This document shows positions 51,080 through 60,150 of a stretch of DNA of 64,000 nucleotides, one piece after another. A program made the translations under genes and the position numbers. Below the pieces are notes generated by a model. The model made no database searches, was not told the DNA's origin, and saw only the letters and a list, made by a program, of their open reading frames with translations. Numbering within the stretch: the first letter of the stretch is position 1; each line of letters begins with the position of its first letter. The stretch is taken from NCBI GenBank assembly GCA_903847095.1, contig CAINCQ010000016.1:333-64332 (forward strand), read 5' to 3'. This DNA is from an uncultured bacterium. Its GTDB lineage: Bacteria; Patescibacteriota; Minisyncoccia; Minisyncoccales; UBA5738.

Positions 51080-52492
51080 ATGACCGAAAAAGAGAAGGTA
51101 AGGTTTTTTGACGGCGTATCGCCTTTGGATCACAGATGGCATCCGGAAATCACACCCGTACTCCCATATATATCGGAAAGGGCCCGGGTTAAATTTCAGG
51201 CCTGGGTAGAACTCGCTTTGTTCAAATATTACGTACACATCGGAAAAATAACTAGGCCGGGAGCAATCCAAGAGGCGGAAACTGCCTACAAAAATCTGGA
51301 CATTGATCGAGTCTACTATATAGAAGACAACGTCACCGACCATGATATGCGGGCATTGGTAGAAGCCTTCAGGGAGCTGATCAGCGAAGAACTCCGGCCT
51401 TGGATACATTTTGGCGCTACGTCCTACAATATCATCAATAGTGCCGACGCCATCCGCCGCAAACTCCTGATCCTGGAAGTGATCATTCCGGCAATGAAGG
51501 ATCTGCAGAGAGAAATGATAAGAATAGCTTTGCAGGAAAAAGATACGCCCCAAGCCGGACGAACCCACGGCCAGCACGCCGTTCCCATCACCGCCGGGTT
51601 CGCTATGGCCCAAATCATTGACCGCCTGGGCGAATCGATCCTGCGCCTGGAAAATCTAGCAAAAGATTTGCCGGGAAGCTTTGCCGGAATGTGCGGAGCT
51701 TACAATGCCACCGCCCTGCTCTTGCCCGATCCGCTCGACTTTGAAAGGAAAGTCCTTGCCGAAGTCGGCATCATCGCGGCCCGGATCTCGACCCAGATCG
51801 TTCCGCCCGAACCAACCCAACGCCTTTTCGAGGAAATCAAGCATGCCTCGACAGCCCTCGCCACCCTGGCCGATAATATGCGAAATCTGCAACGGCCGGA
51901 GATTGCCGAGTACGGAGAGTTTTTCGGTAAAACACAGGTTGGATCTTCCACCTCGCCTCATAAACAAAATCCCAAGAATTGGGAAAACATCAAAGGCGTA
52001 TGGAAGATCATTGTCGGAAGAATGCTGACCCTCGACCTGAACGCGATCAGCGAGCATGAACGAGACCTCACCAACTCCCAAGGAATGCGCCAGGACGACG
52101 AGATCATCGCCCTCTTCTATATGCAAATAAAGCGGGCAACCAAGATCCTGAAGAAAATGCATATCGACCGGGAACGCATGGAACAAAATCTGTTCCTTAC
52201 CGGCGACCAGATGCTTTCGGAAGCCGCCCAACTGGTCTTAAGCTACCTCGGCTATCCCAATGCCCATGAGAAAGTGAGGGTTTTGGCTAAAAAGATCCGC
52301 GATTCCGGAAAAATCAAGGAACGTCATGCTCTGCTTTCACTGATGCAATCCGATCCGGAGCTTGCTCCGTATATGGCACGGATGACCGAAAACCAATTCT
52401 CCGCGCTATCCGACCCACGCGATTACATCGGCATCGCGCCCCAAAAAACCGAATCTGTTTGTGCCTACTGGAAGGAAAAACTTAATCTTTAA
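51080..52492 (+). CDS. purB: adenylosuccinate lyase
   Basis: ORF 51053..52492. ATG at 51080 follows AAAGGAGGaaaaaa. Fumarate-lyase signature GSSTSPHKQNP. Confidence 0.9.
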   Translation: MTEKEKVRFFDGVSPLDHRWHPEITPVLPYISERARVKFQAWVELALFKYYVHIGKITRPGAIQEAETAYKNLDIDRVYYIEDNVTDHDMRALVEAFRELISEELRPWIHFGATSYNIINSADAIRRKLLILEVIIPAMKDLQREMIRIALQEKDTPQAGRTHGQHAVPITAGFAMAQIIDRLGESILRLENLAKDLPGSFAGMCGAYNATALLLPDPLDFERKVLAEVGIIAARISTQIVPPEPTQRLFEEIKHASTALATLADNMRNLQRPEIAEYGEFFGKTQVGSSTSPHKQNPKNWENIKGVWKIIVGRMLTLDLNAISEHERDLTNSQGMRQDDEIIALFYMQIKRATKILKKMHIDRERMEQNLFLTGDQMLSEAAQLVLSYLGYPNAHEKVRVLAKKIRDSGKIKERHALLSLMQSDPELAPYMARMTENQFSALSDPRDYIGIAPQKTESVCAYWKEKLNL

Positions 52493-52494
52493 AC

Positions 52495-52520
52495 AAAAAG
52501 CCGCTATAACGGCTTTTTTC
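52495..52520. terminator. bidirectional intrinsic terminator between convergent purB and mltG
   Basis: AAAAAGCCGctataaCGGCTTTTTTC. Confidence 0.8.
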
Positions 52521-52541
52521 TTTAACCTTATACAACCCGCT

Positions 52542-53543
52542 TCAATTATCCAGATATTTCGCTTTGTTGACCAAATGCTCCGCGTACGTTTTGGAAAAAA
52601 TCGTTTTTCCGTCCCTGGCACTTAAATAAAAAAGATAGTCGGATGCCGTCGGCTCGATCGCCGCTTCAATGCTTTCGATCCCGGGATTGCAGATCGGCCC
52701 CTTGGGCAATCCTCCGTATTTATAAGTATTGTAGGGCGAGTCAACATATTTATCATCCATGCTCGGATGATCGCTCACCAGAAAATAAAGCAGAGTACTA
52801 TCCACCTGCAGAGGCCAGCCCTTGCCGGTCCTCTTCCAAAGAATACCGGCAACGATCTTTTTATCTTCCTTGGTCCTCACCTCTTTTTCCAGCAGCGAAG
52901 CCATCACTACGATATCGAAAACTTTTTTATCCTGTTTTTTAATTTCTTCCCGGATTTGAGGCGTCAATTTTTCTCCGAAATTCTCCAGCATCTGTTGGGC
53001 GATATCCCGGGATTCGGGATTGGCCGCGATATAATACGTATCCGGAAAAAGATAACCTTCAAGACTCGCTCCATCGGGAGCATCCTGTAAGAAATCGAAC
53101 TCATCCCTAAAACCGTCCGGTATCCCATTAAGAACCGCGGCCAAGAAATCGGTTTTCGCGGCTATTTTTTTTGTTTCAAGATTTTTGGCGATATCTCCGA
53201 CTGACCAGCCCGGGATCACGGTAAACTCTATCGGTACCGTTTGGCCCCGGGATAATTTCTTGATTATTTGAGAAGTATCCTGGTTTTTAAGATTATAAAT
53301 TCCGGCCTTGAGTTTTTTTAAATTTCCGGAAAAAACCGTTTCAAAAATAAAAAAAATCTTGCTTTTTATGTAACCTTCCGCTTTAAGATTGTCGGCTATT
53401 TTCAGAAAATTTTCTCCGGGAAGAACAACGAAATTTTCCTGTTGGGACCTCGGCTGCCGGTTGGACTCGAAAAAGGCGGCTCCCGCCGCTACCACCACGA
53501 CCATTACGGCCGATATCAATATTCCCCACTTCTTTTTTTCCAT
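52542..53543 (-). CDS. mltG: endolytic murein transglycosylase MltG (YceG-like)
   Basis: 333-aa ORF. N-terminal TM and YceG-family core ..ASLLEKEV..GILWKR..PLQVDSTLLY..SPYNTYKYGGLPKGPICNPG. Confidence 0.85.
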   Translation of the reverse strand: MEKKKWGILISAVMVVVVAAGAAFFESNRQPRSQQENFVVLPGENFLKIADNLKAEGYIKSKIFFIFETVFSGNLKKLKAGIYNLKNQDTSQIIKKLSRGQTVPIEFTVIPGWSVGDIAKNLETKKIAAKTDFLAAVLNGIPDGFRDEFDFLQDAPDGASLEGYLFPDTYYIAANPESRDIAQQMLENFGEKLTPQIREEIKKQDKKVFDIVVMASLLEKEVRTKEDKKIVAGILWKRTGKGWPLQVDSTLLYFLVSDHPSMDDKYVDSPYNTYKYGGLPKGPICNPGIESIEAAIEPTASDYLFYLSARDGKTIFSKTYAEHLVNKAKYLDN

Positions 53544-53676
53544 ATTTTTAGCCGGTCATTGAGCTTGTTTTCATGATAACCGGATTTATTTAACGGACAC
53601 AACAGCTATGGTCCCTTAAAAAACAGCCGGTAAACGAAAAATGGCTTCCGCCACCCGATCATCCCTTTCTCTTTCT

Positions 53677-54246
53677 TTACTTTAAAGCCTTTTCTTTCCC
53701 GATCAAATTTTCGTAATCCTCCACTATCGGATCATTTAATGTTTCTTTAAAGATCGCGAGCATTTCTTCTTCGAAGTTTATTTTTTGTTCGCGAGGAGCG
53801 TTAAACCGTGGCCAAACCGCGGTTCCTTGTTTCTTATACGCATCCAGCAAATTTTCGATATTCACTATTCTATCGGCTATGGCCACCAATTTAACGCCAA
53901 GCGATCCATTCTTGATTTTTTTGGCGTAATTTTTTTTCTTTTCCGCCCAAGGAAGCCCATTATCGGAAGTTAGCGCTTTAACGATCCCGACAACCCCCTC
54001 CCCCAGTTCTTCCCTTAATTTTTCTTCCGAATAACCCGTATCTTCGAACACGTCGTGCACCAGCGCCGCCGCGATCGTAGTTTCGTCGGAAATTCCCGCG
54101 CACGCCAACTTTTGCGCCACTGCCATCGGATGAAAAATATAGGGAGTGCCGTCCAACTTCCTCTTCTGGTCGCGGTGCGCGAAAGCGGCAATGCTTGCCG
54201 CAACCATCACAAGGTTTGTTTTTTGTTTTTGTTTTTCGTTAGCCAT
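53677..54246 (-). CDS. HD-domain protein, RelA/SpoT-type (p)ppGpp-hydrolase-like
   Basis: ORF 53677..54291. ATG at 54246 (MANEKQKQK). AHRDQKRKLDGTPYIFHPMAVA..ALVHDVFEDT pattern of the HD hydrolase domain. Confidence 0.6.
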   Translation of the reverse strand: MANEKQKQKTNLVMVAASIAAFAHRDQKRKLDGTPYIFHPMAVAQKLACAGISDETTIAAALVHDVFEDTGYSEEKLREELGEGVVGIVKALTSDNGLPWAEKKKNYAKKIKNGSLGVKLVAIADRIVNIENLLDAYKKQGTAVWPRFNAPREQKINFEEEMLAIFKETLNDPIVEDYENLIGKEKALK

Positions 54247-54331
54247 AGTGTTCGGGCACCGCCTTTGTTTACCGCCGTATCCTGGAACCATTCGTTATCC
54301 CCGATGGCGACTTTAGTGGGACAACCGCAGC

Positions 54332-54769
54332 CTACTTCGCCAATTGAGAGATCAGCCACCAATTATAACCGATGATAATGGTCGAAAAGATCATACCCAG
54401 GACCGCCGACTTTGCTTTAACAGATCGCAAACCGATCAAGGAAAAAACAAAGTTAAGGATCGCGAGCCCGATAAAAAACCAAGCGAATTTCCCGGTAAAG
54501 AAAGACCGGAAGAATTCTTCAAGCACCGGCCCGGACGCGCTCATCGCGCTGTTCATTCCTTGTATCAGCCCGTTGATCATGCCGTCGATGATATTGTTGC
54601 CGGCCCATCCGCTTTCCAGCGGTATGCTGATCCCGTATAAATAATGACCGAAATATTTTACCAGATAAGCCAATAATATCCCTATGATCACCACTAAGCT
54701 TATCGAAAGCGACGTGGTCGCGGCCCATTCGTGGTTTTTTACTTCTTTTTCTTCTTCGTAATAATCCAT
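54332..54769 (-). CDS. membrane protein (145 aa)
   Basis: ORF with 3-4 hydrophobic helices. Confidence 0.55.
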   Translation of the reverse strand: MDYYEEEKEVKNHEWAATTSLSISLVVIIGILLAYLVKYFGHYLYGISIPLESGWAGNNIIDGMINGLIQGMNSAMSASGPVLEEFFRSFFTGKFAWFFIGLAILNFVFSLIGLRSVKAKSAVLGMIFSTIIIGYNWWLISQLAK

Positions 54770-54943
54770 GAATTATCTTGCTTTAATCCGGCAGGATATC
54801 GTTCCGCGGAAGGCGGGAAATGCTAGTTTGTTTTTTCCTTTTTAAGCATTTTACCCTTTGCTTTAGTATATCAAAGATAAATTTTGTTTGTAAGGCATTT
54901 CCTGAAGAACAAAAAAGCTGCATTGGAATGCAGCAGATACGGA

Positions 54944-55432
54944 TCATTTAGGGCACAAAGGACCCAGCAATTCAGAAACGCTCACTTTAAAATTCTTGGT
55001 AGAAAAGACGAAAGATCTCATTTTTTTGGTCTCCCTTTCGAAACCGACCTCGGTAAGAGAATCGGGCGGCAAATCTTTTAAAAACTTTCCGAACTCCCGG
55101 CTTTTAACAAGTAATTCTCCCGTCGTTTTCCACGACACCGGGTGAGGAATGATCAATTGATTTCCGGCCGCGAAGATAACCCACTTTTCCTTGGAATTCT
55201 TTATGGATGCGTTCCATAAAGACAATAATCTCAATATATCGGGCGCGTAATCAATCGGCACCGCCGCCCAAGGCCAGCCGGTGCTCTGAATGATGCTGGG
55301 GAGAATCCCCCATTCGGCATAACCATAAGCCAGGTCGGATATTTCGGGATCTATTCTTTCGGGTAAAAAAAACAAAGTTTTTATGCTGCCTACTTTTTCA
55401 CATTTGTAATGCAGGAAAATTCCTCCTATCAT
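54944..55432 (-). CDS. hypothetical protein (162 aa), paralog of 55660..56094
   Basis: Shares the pattern W..VP..Y.P......WN..I....W.I..A....P.S......LV...EFG.FL...P.D with the neighbouring ORF. Confidence 0.55.
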   Translation of the reverse strand: MIGGIFLHYKCEKVGSIKTLFFLPERIDPEISDLAYGYAEWGILPSIIQSTGWPWAAVPIDYAPDILRLLSLWNASIKNSKEKWVIFAAGNQLIIPHPVSWKTTGELLVKSREFGKFLKDLPPDSLTEVGFERETKKMRSFVFSTKNFKVSVSELLGPLCPK

Positions 55433-55573
55433 TTAGAATCAATGAACTTCTAAGAGTATATAACATTACTGATTTTTGTCAATATCGATTAACGGAACCT
55501 TAACAACCAGTTTAAATATAATATTGGCAAGCTGACTTGCCTAGCCGATAAACCCCCGAGAGACCCGCTCAAT

Positions 55574-55604
55574 AAAAAACCGCCGGATGGGTTTAAGGCG
55601 GGTT
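55574..55604 (-). terminator. intrinsic terminator
   Basis: Minus strand reads AACCCGCC-ttaaacccatcc-GGCGGTT followed by TTTTATT, after the stop at 55660. Confidence 0.6.
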
Positions 55605-55659
55605 ATTTTAGTCAAAATACAAAAAAATTTGCAATCGCTTTTTTGGCGCTTTTTTTAAT

Positions 55660-56094
55660 CTAGGTTTCATCGTACGTCAAATCATCTTTGAATAATTCTT
55701 TAGGCAACCATTCAAAATCAGCGGGACACGAAAGCAGAAAATTCCCGAATTCAATCATGCTTACAAGATTTTTACTTTCGTCTCCGAATAGGAAAGAAAC
55801 AGGATAAATATGGTGGTAATTGGCGGAAATAATGACCCAAGATACTTGTTCTGCTTGGCCTGATTCATATATATGCCTGTTCCAAGCCGCGACAACCGCC
55901 TGAAGCTCGGGCCCGTACCTAAATGGAACCGTAAACCAATCCTTGCCTTCGGACCATCCATCTTTAGAAAGCTTCGCGTCGATACCCCAAACATTAAGAC
56001 CCAATATCAGCGCGCATAGTCCTGGATTTTCGGCCCAGCCTGGCTGGCAACATTTTGCGTACTCCAAACCCAAATTTTTCAAACTAACCTGCAT
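55660..56094 (-). CDS. hypothetical protein (144 aa), paralog of 54944..55432
   Basis: Strong SD AAGGAGGttggataaATG. See the paralog pattern above. Confidence 0.6.
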   Translation of the reverse strand: MQVSLKNLGLEYAKCCQPGWAENPGLCALILGLNVWGIDAKLSKDGWSEGKDWFTVPFRYGPELQAVVAAWNRHIYESGQAEQVSWVIISANYHHIYPVSFLFGDESKNLVSMIEFGNFLLSCPADFEWLPKELFKDDLTYDET

Positions 56095-56232
56095 TTATCC
56101 AACCTCCTTTGTTAAGAAACTATTTTCTTAGAGATTATTGGATTTTCCTGATTTGTCAACTCGTGAATATTAAAAAGCAGCCCGCCCCGGCTGTTTTCTT
56201 CCTCCCGCCATATGAGCCGGCAACCCAAATCT

Positions 56233-57081
56233 TTATGTTATTTCTTTCAATAAATCGTTTACGCACTCCATCGAACCGTCGTTTAAAATAATGATGTCGT
56301 AGCTTGCTTTGTAGCAATCGAGATTTTCCTCGATCCGCTCATTAAGAAAACCGATCTTCAAAAGGTTTTCGTAGGCGAATCCTTTAATCATCTCCACATC
56401 GGAAACATTGTCACCCAGAAGAATGACATTTTTTCTGTTTTTGACTTTTTTAAACACGTCCGGAAAATCCAGGACCAGGGTAGCGTCTTTGTTCATTCCG
56501 TAAATGATCGGCTGTTTCACGCCAAGCGCCTTACCGTCCGGCGCCCACTCGAATTCATTCGAAATTATCCCTATGTTGTCAAAAAGGGAACCGGCTCTTT
56601 TCAGAAAGATCGATATCCCTTCTCGGCCTACTCCGCTGGAAGACATGATGACAAGAGGTATTTTTTTGTTTTGTAAATTAGCCAGGAATTCTTCGCACCC
56701 AAAACGGAGTTTGACCATTCCGGAATCCGCGATTCCTTCCAAATCGCCGAGCTTTAATCCCGAATCGATCAACAACTTAAAATGCGCGATCCACCACTCT
56801 TTCATCGCCTGTCTTTTTTCCGGCAATGGTACGGAATCATCGATCTCAATCCGGTGGTAATGGTCGAATAGCGCTTGGGCTTTGGCGGCATAATCGGACT
56901 TAAGATATCCACCCCCCCTCAGCACGGCTACCAACGAAGATACGTAAACCTTGCCGTTATAAGCTTGGGTGAGCGTACGGTCGAAATCGGCGAGAATATG
57001 CAAATTATCCGCTCCGCCGTCGGCCATCGCTTTTTTGATCGTCGCCAGTTTTTCCCGATCGGTTATTATAATATCTTCCAT
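56233..57081 (-). CDS. HAD-superfamily pyrimidine 5'-nucleotidase (UMPH-1-like)
   Basis: ORF 56233..57255. ATG at 57081 (MEDIIITD), just after the upstream stop at 57107. ADFDRTLT motif I, later SSGVG and GDNVSD motifs. The layout matches the eukaryote-type UMPH-1 family as I recall it. Confidence 0.6.
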   Translation of the reverse strand: MEDIIITDREKLATIKKAMADGGADNLHILADFDRTLTQAYNGKVYVSSLVAVLRGGGYLKSDYAAKAQALFDHYHRIEIDDSVPLPEKRQAMKEWWIAHFKLLIDSGLKLGDLEGIADSGMVKLRFGCEEFLANLQNKKIPLVIMSSSGVGREGISIFLKRAGSLFDNIGIISNEFEWAPDGKALGVKQPIIYGMNKDATLVLDFPDVFKKVKNRKNVILLGDNVSDVEMIKGFAYENLLKIGFLNERIEENLDCYKASYDIIILNDGSMECVNDLLKEIT

Positions 57082-57106
57082 TGTATGCCTACCATCCTGC
57101 TTACTA

Positions 57107-57478
57107 TTAAATTTTGAGAACTTCAAGTCCGATATAAGGGTCGTCGTACTTCTCGCCCTTGGGCGTAAGATCGATTGCCTGCTCAAAGAATATTTTGGCG
57201 CTTGCCTTCTCCCCTGTCTGAGCGAAAAGCAAGCCCATATTATTGGAAATAACACAGGCTCGTTTGTCTTTTTTCAGATATTCGTTGAATTTTTCCAAAT
57301 ATTTTTTTGAAACCTTTTTCTTTTCGGCATCCGTAAACATGGCCTCCGATCCTTTGGCGTATTCGGCCGCCTCGGCCACAAGCAAATCTAAAGCCTCGCT
57401 GTACCTTTTCAGCAAGTCTTTGTTTTTCCCGTCGTTTTTCGAATAATATGCTTGGTCCAAAAATTTTTTGATTCCCAT
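57107..57478 (-). CDS. TPR-like repeat protein (123 aa)
   Basis: ORF. NNMGLLFAQTGEKASAKIFFEQAIDLTP is a TPR-type helix pair. Confidence 0.5.
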   Translation of the reverse strand: MGIKKFLDQAYYSKNDGKNKDLLKRYSEALDLLVAEAAEYAKGSEAMFTDAEKKKVSKKYLEKFNEYLKKDKRACVISNNMGLLFAQTGEKASAKIFFEQAIDLTPKGEKYDDPYIGLEVLKI

Positions 57479-57560
57479 TTTTTTGGCTATACTTATTGTA
57501 TAAATTTTTTAGCTGATGTTTGTCAAATCCACGCCCGCGACCGGGCAAAGAAAAAGCTCT

Positions 57561-58274
57561 TCAAAAGAAGAGCATAAAGGGCTGTTTTGTTTCGGTTATG
57601 CGTTCCGGAGCACTCCTATTTATAAGTTCGATAACGGCGTCCGCGGATACGCCCTCGTTGAGCTTTCTGGCAACGAAGAGCTCGATCGCCATACCGTCGA
57701 TCTCGGCCGCAAACCATTCGGAATGCCCCTGCGCTTCCAATTGGTTTTTGATCTTAACCGAAATAACACCCAGACCCCAGAGAATCAAACGCAGATCATT
57801 ATCTTTTTCGTAGGCAAAATCCGTGGTTTGAAACGGCTCGATCATCTTTCGCTTAAGCATGAGCGACCGCACCGTGCGCGCTACCATAGCCAGCATTCTC
57901 GTCTTTTCCGAAATCACGACGCCGTGAACCTCAGCCTCTTTTGTCTTTAATTTTACCGCCTCACAAATTCCCGCGGTGTAAAAACCGAAGCCGTCCTTAT
58001 TGCTTTTGTCGTTCATGATTACGCCAAGGCATTGGGAAAGATTCGTCCTTTTTTGAAAAAATGACAAATAGATGTCCGTATCCCGGGGAAAGATATCTTC
58101 GATCAATCCAACAAGACACATTGCCATTCTTTTAGCGCAAACAATATCTTTGTCAGACGCGCCGCTTTTCATCAGATCATTTTTAAGCTGGTCAAAGCCT
58201 GCCAGCTTAACACTCCCTCTCTCCTCGAAATAATTGAAAATCTTGTCTCCGCTTGGAGCCGAATATTTATCCAT
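57561..58274 (-). CDS. hypothetical protein (237 aa), distant paralog of 58386..59048
   Basis: Strong SD AAGGAGGttttttATG. Shares blocks A.C.VGL...D..Y and E...LA..A..V..R..LLK with its neighbour. Confidence 0.6.
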   Translation of the reverse strand: MDKYSAPSGDKIFNYFEERGSVKLAGFDQLKNDLMKSGASDKDIVCAKRMAMCLVGLIEDIFPRDTDIYLSFFQKRTNLSQCLGVIMNDKSNKDGFGFYTAGICEAVKLKTKEAEVHGVVISEKTRMLAMVARTVRSLMLKRKMIEPFQTTDFAYEKDNDLRLILWGLGVISVKIKNQLEAQGHSEWFAAEIDGMAIELFVARKLNEGVSADAVIELINRSAPERITETKQPFMLFF

Positions 58275-58385
58275 AAAAAACCTCCTTTATAAAGGACTAT
58301 CCATATTCTAGATATCTATTTTAAATTGTCAACAGACAGAGATCATTGGTTAAAACAAAAAGCCCTCTATTCCGGGCTCATTTTT

Positions 58386-59048
58386 TTATTTTATTTCCAA
58401 TTTCACCAAACACACCAATTCATCCAGACTCATTCCCCACTCGATCTGCCCGATTACCAGATTATCGATGACCGTGACATCAAACTCGATCTTCAGGGAC
58501 TGTCCGTCCACATCCGGAATTTGTTCCAGAGGATCAAAATTTTCATCAAATAGTTTTATGGTCTCTTTCAATACCGGATCGAGAGTTTTCAGATGATCCG
58601 ATCTTTTGATCGCCTTTACCTCTCCAACCTTCAACAACTGGCGCCGGATCAAACAAACCGCTTGAGCGACCAAATAGGCCTCTTGAGTGATCATCCGGTC
58701 GTAATCAAGCAATTCCATGAGTTCTGCTCTGACGGTTTCTTGCAGGTTCTTGGCATAAATGACGTACCCGTCAACCGGACCAGGCAAACAATCGGCTATT
58801 TGGCCTTTTATCCGGCCTCGGGTTAAAAAATATACCTGCGTGTCTTTGTAGCGATCATGGAACGGAACATATAGATGCAAGCCGACAATACAATTTGCGA
58901 ATTCCAAGGCTAATTTTATTTCCGCCTCATCCAACCCCGCGTCTCCCAGGACTTCAGCTGCCGCGGCCAATTCTTCGAGATAAGGACTGCCGTTGTTGAC
59001 CAAAAAACCGTATAGTTCCGTTCCTGTAAGCAATTTTTCGGTATCCAT
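58386..59048 (-). CDS. hypothetical protein (220 aa)
   Basis: ORF 58386..59069 trimmed to the ATG at 59048, preceded by AGAGGAGGatgat. Confidence 0.6.
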   Translation of the reverse strand: MDTEKLLTGTELYGFLVNNGSPYLEELAAAAEVLGDAGLDEAEIKLALEFANCIVGLHLYVPFHDRYKDTQVYFLTRGRIKGQIADCLPGPVDGYVIYAKNLQETVRAELMELLDYDRMITQEAYLVAQAVCLIRRQLLKVGEVKAIKRSDHLKTLDPVLKETIKLFDENFDPLEQIPDVDGQSLKIEFDVTVIDNLVIGQIEWGMSLDELVCLVKLEIK

Positions 59049-59198
59049 ATCATCCTCCTCTTTGGTCAAATACTGGTTTTTAAATGAACTCTCTGTAATT
59101 CTAAACGAATCCTTTTCAAAGTCAAACCTTGACTATAGCCTGATTAAATTATAATTTGTACGATAAACCAGAACCTTAAAAAAACGGAGGAAAAAAGA

Positions 59199-60116
59199 AT
59201 GGATTTGATTAAAGCCGTAAAAGAAATGGATGAGTTTTTGCCAAGGTTTGGCTCTAAAAACAAAATTCGGATTGTTTATGACGTGAGCGCTTTTTTCGAT
59301 GGAGATGTGCTGATGATCATCACTACCGACGCCATCTCGGCCTTCGATTTTGTGATGCTTAACGACATCCCGGACAAAGGAATTGTCTTAAACGAAATAT
59401 CGGCCTGGTGGTTCCAAAAAACTTCCCACGTCTGTAAAAATCACTTCATTACCAACGATCTGGATTTTATCCCCAGCGAGATCAATCATCCGCAGTTGGC
59501 GGGCCAATTCAGGCAGTTGCTCTCGGACTACCTGGATGTACTTAAGGGACGTGTAATGCTGGTCAGAAAAGCCAAACCCCTGCCGGCCGAATTCATCGTC
59601 AGGCGGTACCTATTGGGATCGGCTTTCGACAGCTACGAAAAGACCGGCATGGTCTGCGGTATAAGACTAAGAAAGGGACTCAAAAAGGGCGACCGGCTTG
59701 ACCGGTTGATCTTTACGCCATCCACTAAAGCCGGTTTTGGCGAACATGACTCAAACATCACCTACCAACAGTTGAAGGAAATGATCGGCGTAAAACCGGC
59801 CCGCGAAGTAAAGAAAAAATCCCTGGCTCTGTTCGAATACGCCGAACACCTGGCAAGCGCGAAAGGCCTCACCCTGCAAGACACAAAGTTCGAGTTCGCC
59901 CTGCTGCCCGACGGCACCGTTATTTTGATCGACGAACTCTTCACGCCCGACAATTCCCGCTGGGCACCCGACTACACCAAACAGCCGTTCCGCGACGCTT
60001 TGATCCGCTTGGGCTATAACAAAAAAGGGCCGATCTATGTCGGCACCCCCCTCATCAGGGAAACCCAGCAAAACTACGCCAAAGCGCTTCAAATGATCAC
60101 CGGCAAAACGCTATAA
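59199..60116 (+). CDS. purC: phosphoribosylaminoimidazole-succinocarboxamide (SAICAR) synthase
   Basis: 305-aa ORF preceded by ACGGAGGaaaaaaga. IITTDAISAFD and ..LQDTKFEF..LIDELFTPDNSR motifs of PurC. Confidence 0.85.
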   Translation: MDLIKAVKEMDEFLPRFGSKNKIRIVYDVSAFFDGDVLMIITTDAISAFDFVMLNDIPDKGIVLNEISAWWFQKTSHVCKNHFITNDLDFIPSEINHPQLAGQFRQLLSDYLDVLKGRVMLVRKAKPLPAEFIVRRYLLGSAFDSYEKTGMVCGIRLRKGLKKGDRLDRLIFTPSTKAGFGEHDSNITYQQLKEMIGVKPAREVKKKSLALFEYAEHLASAKGLTLQDTKFEFALLPDGTVILIDELFTPDNSRWAPDYTKQPFRDALIRLGYNKKGPIYVGTPLIRETQQNYAKALQMITGKTL

Positions 60117-60127
60117 ATTTAAATGAT

Positions 60128-60150
60128 AGAGCCCATAACGGCTCTTTTTT
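60128..60150 (+). terminator. intrinsic terminator of purC
   Basis: AGAGCC-cataac-GGCTCT followed by T6. Confidence 0.75.
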
